DNA from: a virus
Taxonomy: Duplodnaviria > Heunggongvirae > Uroviricota > Caudoviricetes
DNA: 64,000 bases
Virus record (IMG/VR): IMGVR_UViG_3300008113_000007
Span: 1-64,000 of that record
Strand: one strand, 5' to 3'
In this document: one piece after another, positions 62,891 to 64,000 of the stretch
Numbering within the stretch: the first letter of the stretch is position 1
Layout: each line of letters starts with the position of its first letter
The notes under the pieces: generated by a model
Seen by the model: the letters and a program-made list of their open reading frames with translations, nothing else
Databases searched by the model: none
Told to the model about the DNA's origin: nothing
Program-made: the position numbers and the translations under genes

Positions 62891-63717
62891 ACAAGGCGGA
62901 CGAATACTACCTCATAAATCTTCATAAGATACTTGAGGAAGGGTCCTGGGACGAGAACCCACGACCACGATGGAAGGACGGAAAGCCGGCACACACTAAG
63001 TTCATAACCGGCGTCTTCGAGGAGTACGACCTCGAGGCAGGAGAGTTTCCGCTTACGACGCTCAGGAACACCGCGATAAAAATCGGTATAAAGGAGATAC
63101 TCTGGATCTACCAGAGGCAGTCGAACTCGTTGGCCGAGGCCAGAGAGATGGGCATAAACTGGTGGGACGAGTGGGACATCGGCGACGGAACCATCGGTCA
63201 GAGGTACGGCGCCACCATAAGGAGGTACGGACTTATGAACAAGCTGCTCGACGGTCTGATCAAGGATCCTTTCGGACGCAGGCACATCATAGACATGTAC
63301 CAGTACGCGGACCTTGAGGAGACGTCTGGGCTTCACCCGTGTGCGTTTATGACGAAGTACTCCGTACGCAGGAAGAACGGCGATCTTTACCTCGACATGA
63401 CACTGGACCAGAGGTCGAACGACTACGTTATGGCCGGTTACATAAACAAGATACAGTACGTCGCGCTTCAGATGATGGTCGCGTCGCACTGTGGGTTCAA
63501 GGTCGGTAAGTTCTGCCATATGGTCCAGAACCTGCACGTCTACGACCGCCACTTCGACGCGGTGAAGGAGATAATAGACAGAGAGCCGCTGGAGCAGAGC
63601 CCACGCATTGCTTTGGAAACAAGTAAGAGCTTCTGGGATATAAACATCGACGACTTCAAAATCTACGACACCAACGGAATTCAAAAGCTTTCTGAAAAGC
63701 TTGAGATTGCAGTATAA
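62881..63717 (+). CDS. deoxynucleotide (dCMP/dUMP) hydroxymethylase of the thymidylate-synthase superfamily (T4 gp42-like)
   Basis: Catalytic Cys in 'LHPCAFMTKY' (T4 gp42 'DFMCTNTVQY'); 'DQRSNDYVMAGYIN' versus gp42 'MRSNDVVFGFRND' (thymidylate synthase instead has DMGLGVPFN); 'NLHVYDRHF' versus gp42 'SLHVYSRHF'. Confidence 0.7.
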   Translation: MGMNKADEYYLINLHKILEEGSWDENPRPRWKDGKPAHTKFITGVFEEYDLEAGEFPLTTLRNTAIKIGIKEILWIYQRQSNSLAEAREMGINWWDEWDIGDGTIGQRYGATIRRYGLMNKLLDGLIKDPFGRRHIIDMYQYADLEETSGLHPCAFMTKYSVRRKNGDLYLDMTLDQRSNDYVMAGYINKIQYVALQMMVASHCGFKVGKFCHMVQNLHVYDRHFDAVKEIIDREPLEQSPRIALETSKSFWDINIDDFKIYDTNGIQKLSEKLEIAV

Positions 63718-63735
63718 AAAAACAAATATAGCAAA

Positions 63736-64000
63736 ATGGATAACGAATACATCTACGGATCTGGCGATCCTTCATCACTCTACGACTTCGTCAGGGAACA
63801 ACTACAGGACGTGGACACTGCCGAGCTCAGCGACGACGTTAGCGACGACGTTCTAATCGACATCACGCCGGAGAAGGTCTATTTCTGGTCCAGGCTGTAC
63901 CTGACAGCAGAGGATCCTAGTCTGAACATCGGTGACACGATCTGGATCGAGTACACGCCGAGTGGCGAGAGGATCGAGACGAAGTTCATCACCTACGGAA
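63736..64000 (+). CDS. partial hypothetical protein (5' part; runs off the window end)
   Basis: ATG at ~63736, open to the window end. Confidence 0.3.
   Translation, partial: MDNEYIYGSGDPSSLYDFVREQLQDVDTAELSDDVSDDVLIDITPEKVYFWSRLYLTAEDPSLNIGDTIWIEYTPSGERIETKFITYG

Noticed and set aside
62881-63717. Calling the thymidylate-synthase-like ORF a canonical thymidylate synthase (ThyA)
   Set aside because: It lacks the ThyA DMGLGVPFNIASY block and the PPCH motif. It has the RSND and HPCA motifs that align with T4 gp42 dCMP hydroxymethylase, so a hydroxymethylase is the better call.

Overview
This window reads as a fragment of a large T4-like (Straboviridae-style) myovirus genome. The hallmarks are split into scattered modules rather than the canonical T4 order. 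Recognisable T4 core genes: a gp25-like baseplate wedge protein, a gp44-like clamp-loader ATPase, a gp55-like late sigma factor that appears to carry a +1 frameshift, the gp20 portal, a gp21 prohead protease fused to a repeat-rich scaffold-like tail, and the gp23 major capsid protein. Accessory content, in window order: an RNB-family (RNase R/II-like) exoribonuclease operon; a eukaryote-type (type II) glutamine synthetase; a ~370-nt tmRNA-like gene with its own terminator; an MH-clan metallopeptidase; an SPFH protein; NADAR; a Dam-type MTase; a minus-strand operon of candidate injected 'internal proteins', including a diphtheria-toxin-like ADP-ribosyltransferase candidate and a Pol-beta-type nucleotidyltransferase, several of which carry a recurring N-terminal 'MR(L/Y)xK(x)(F/Y)xE' peptide resembling the T4 capsid-targeting sequence; a ~20-kb minus-strand fiber/adhesin locus with two giant collagen-like (Gly-Ser/Thr triplet) proteins of 2179 and 1633 aa, three Gly-rich paralogs and a five-copy small-domain family; a glycan-modification cluster (fused GT4+GT9 heptosyltransferase-like protein, GT2 GalT-like, two SAM MTases, an XAT acetyltransferase) that plausibly O-glycosylates the Ser/Thr-rich fibers; and DNA-modification/repair genes (Fpg/Nei glycosylase, a gp42-type deoxynucleotide hydroxymethylase). 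A recurring AATATATAA / TATATATAA motif lies upstream of many genes on both strands and is the best late-promoter candidate (analogue of T4 TATAAATA). Coordinates of non-ORF features are approximate (±2 nt).
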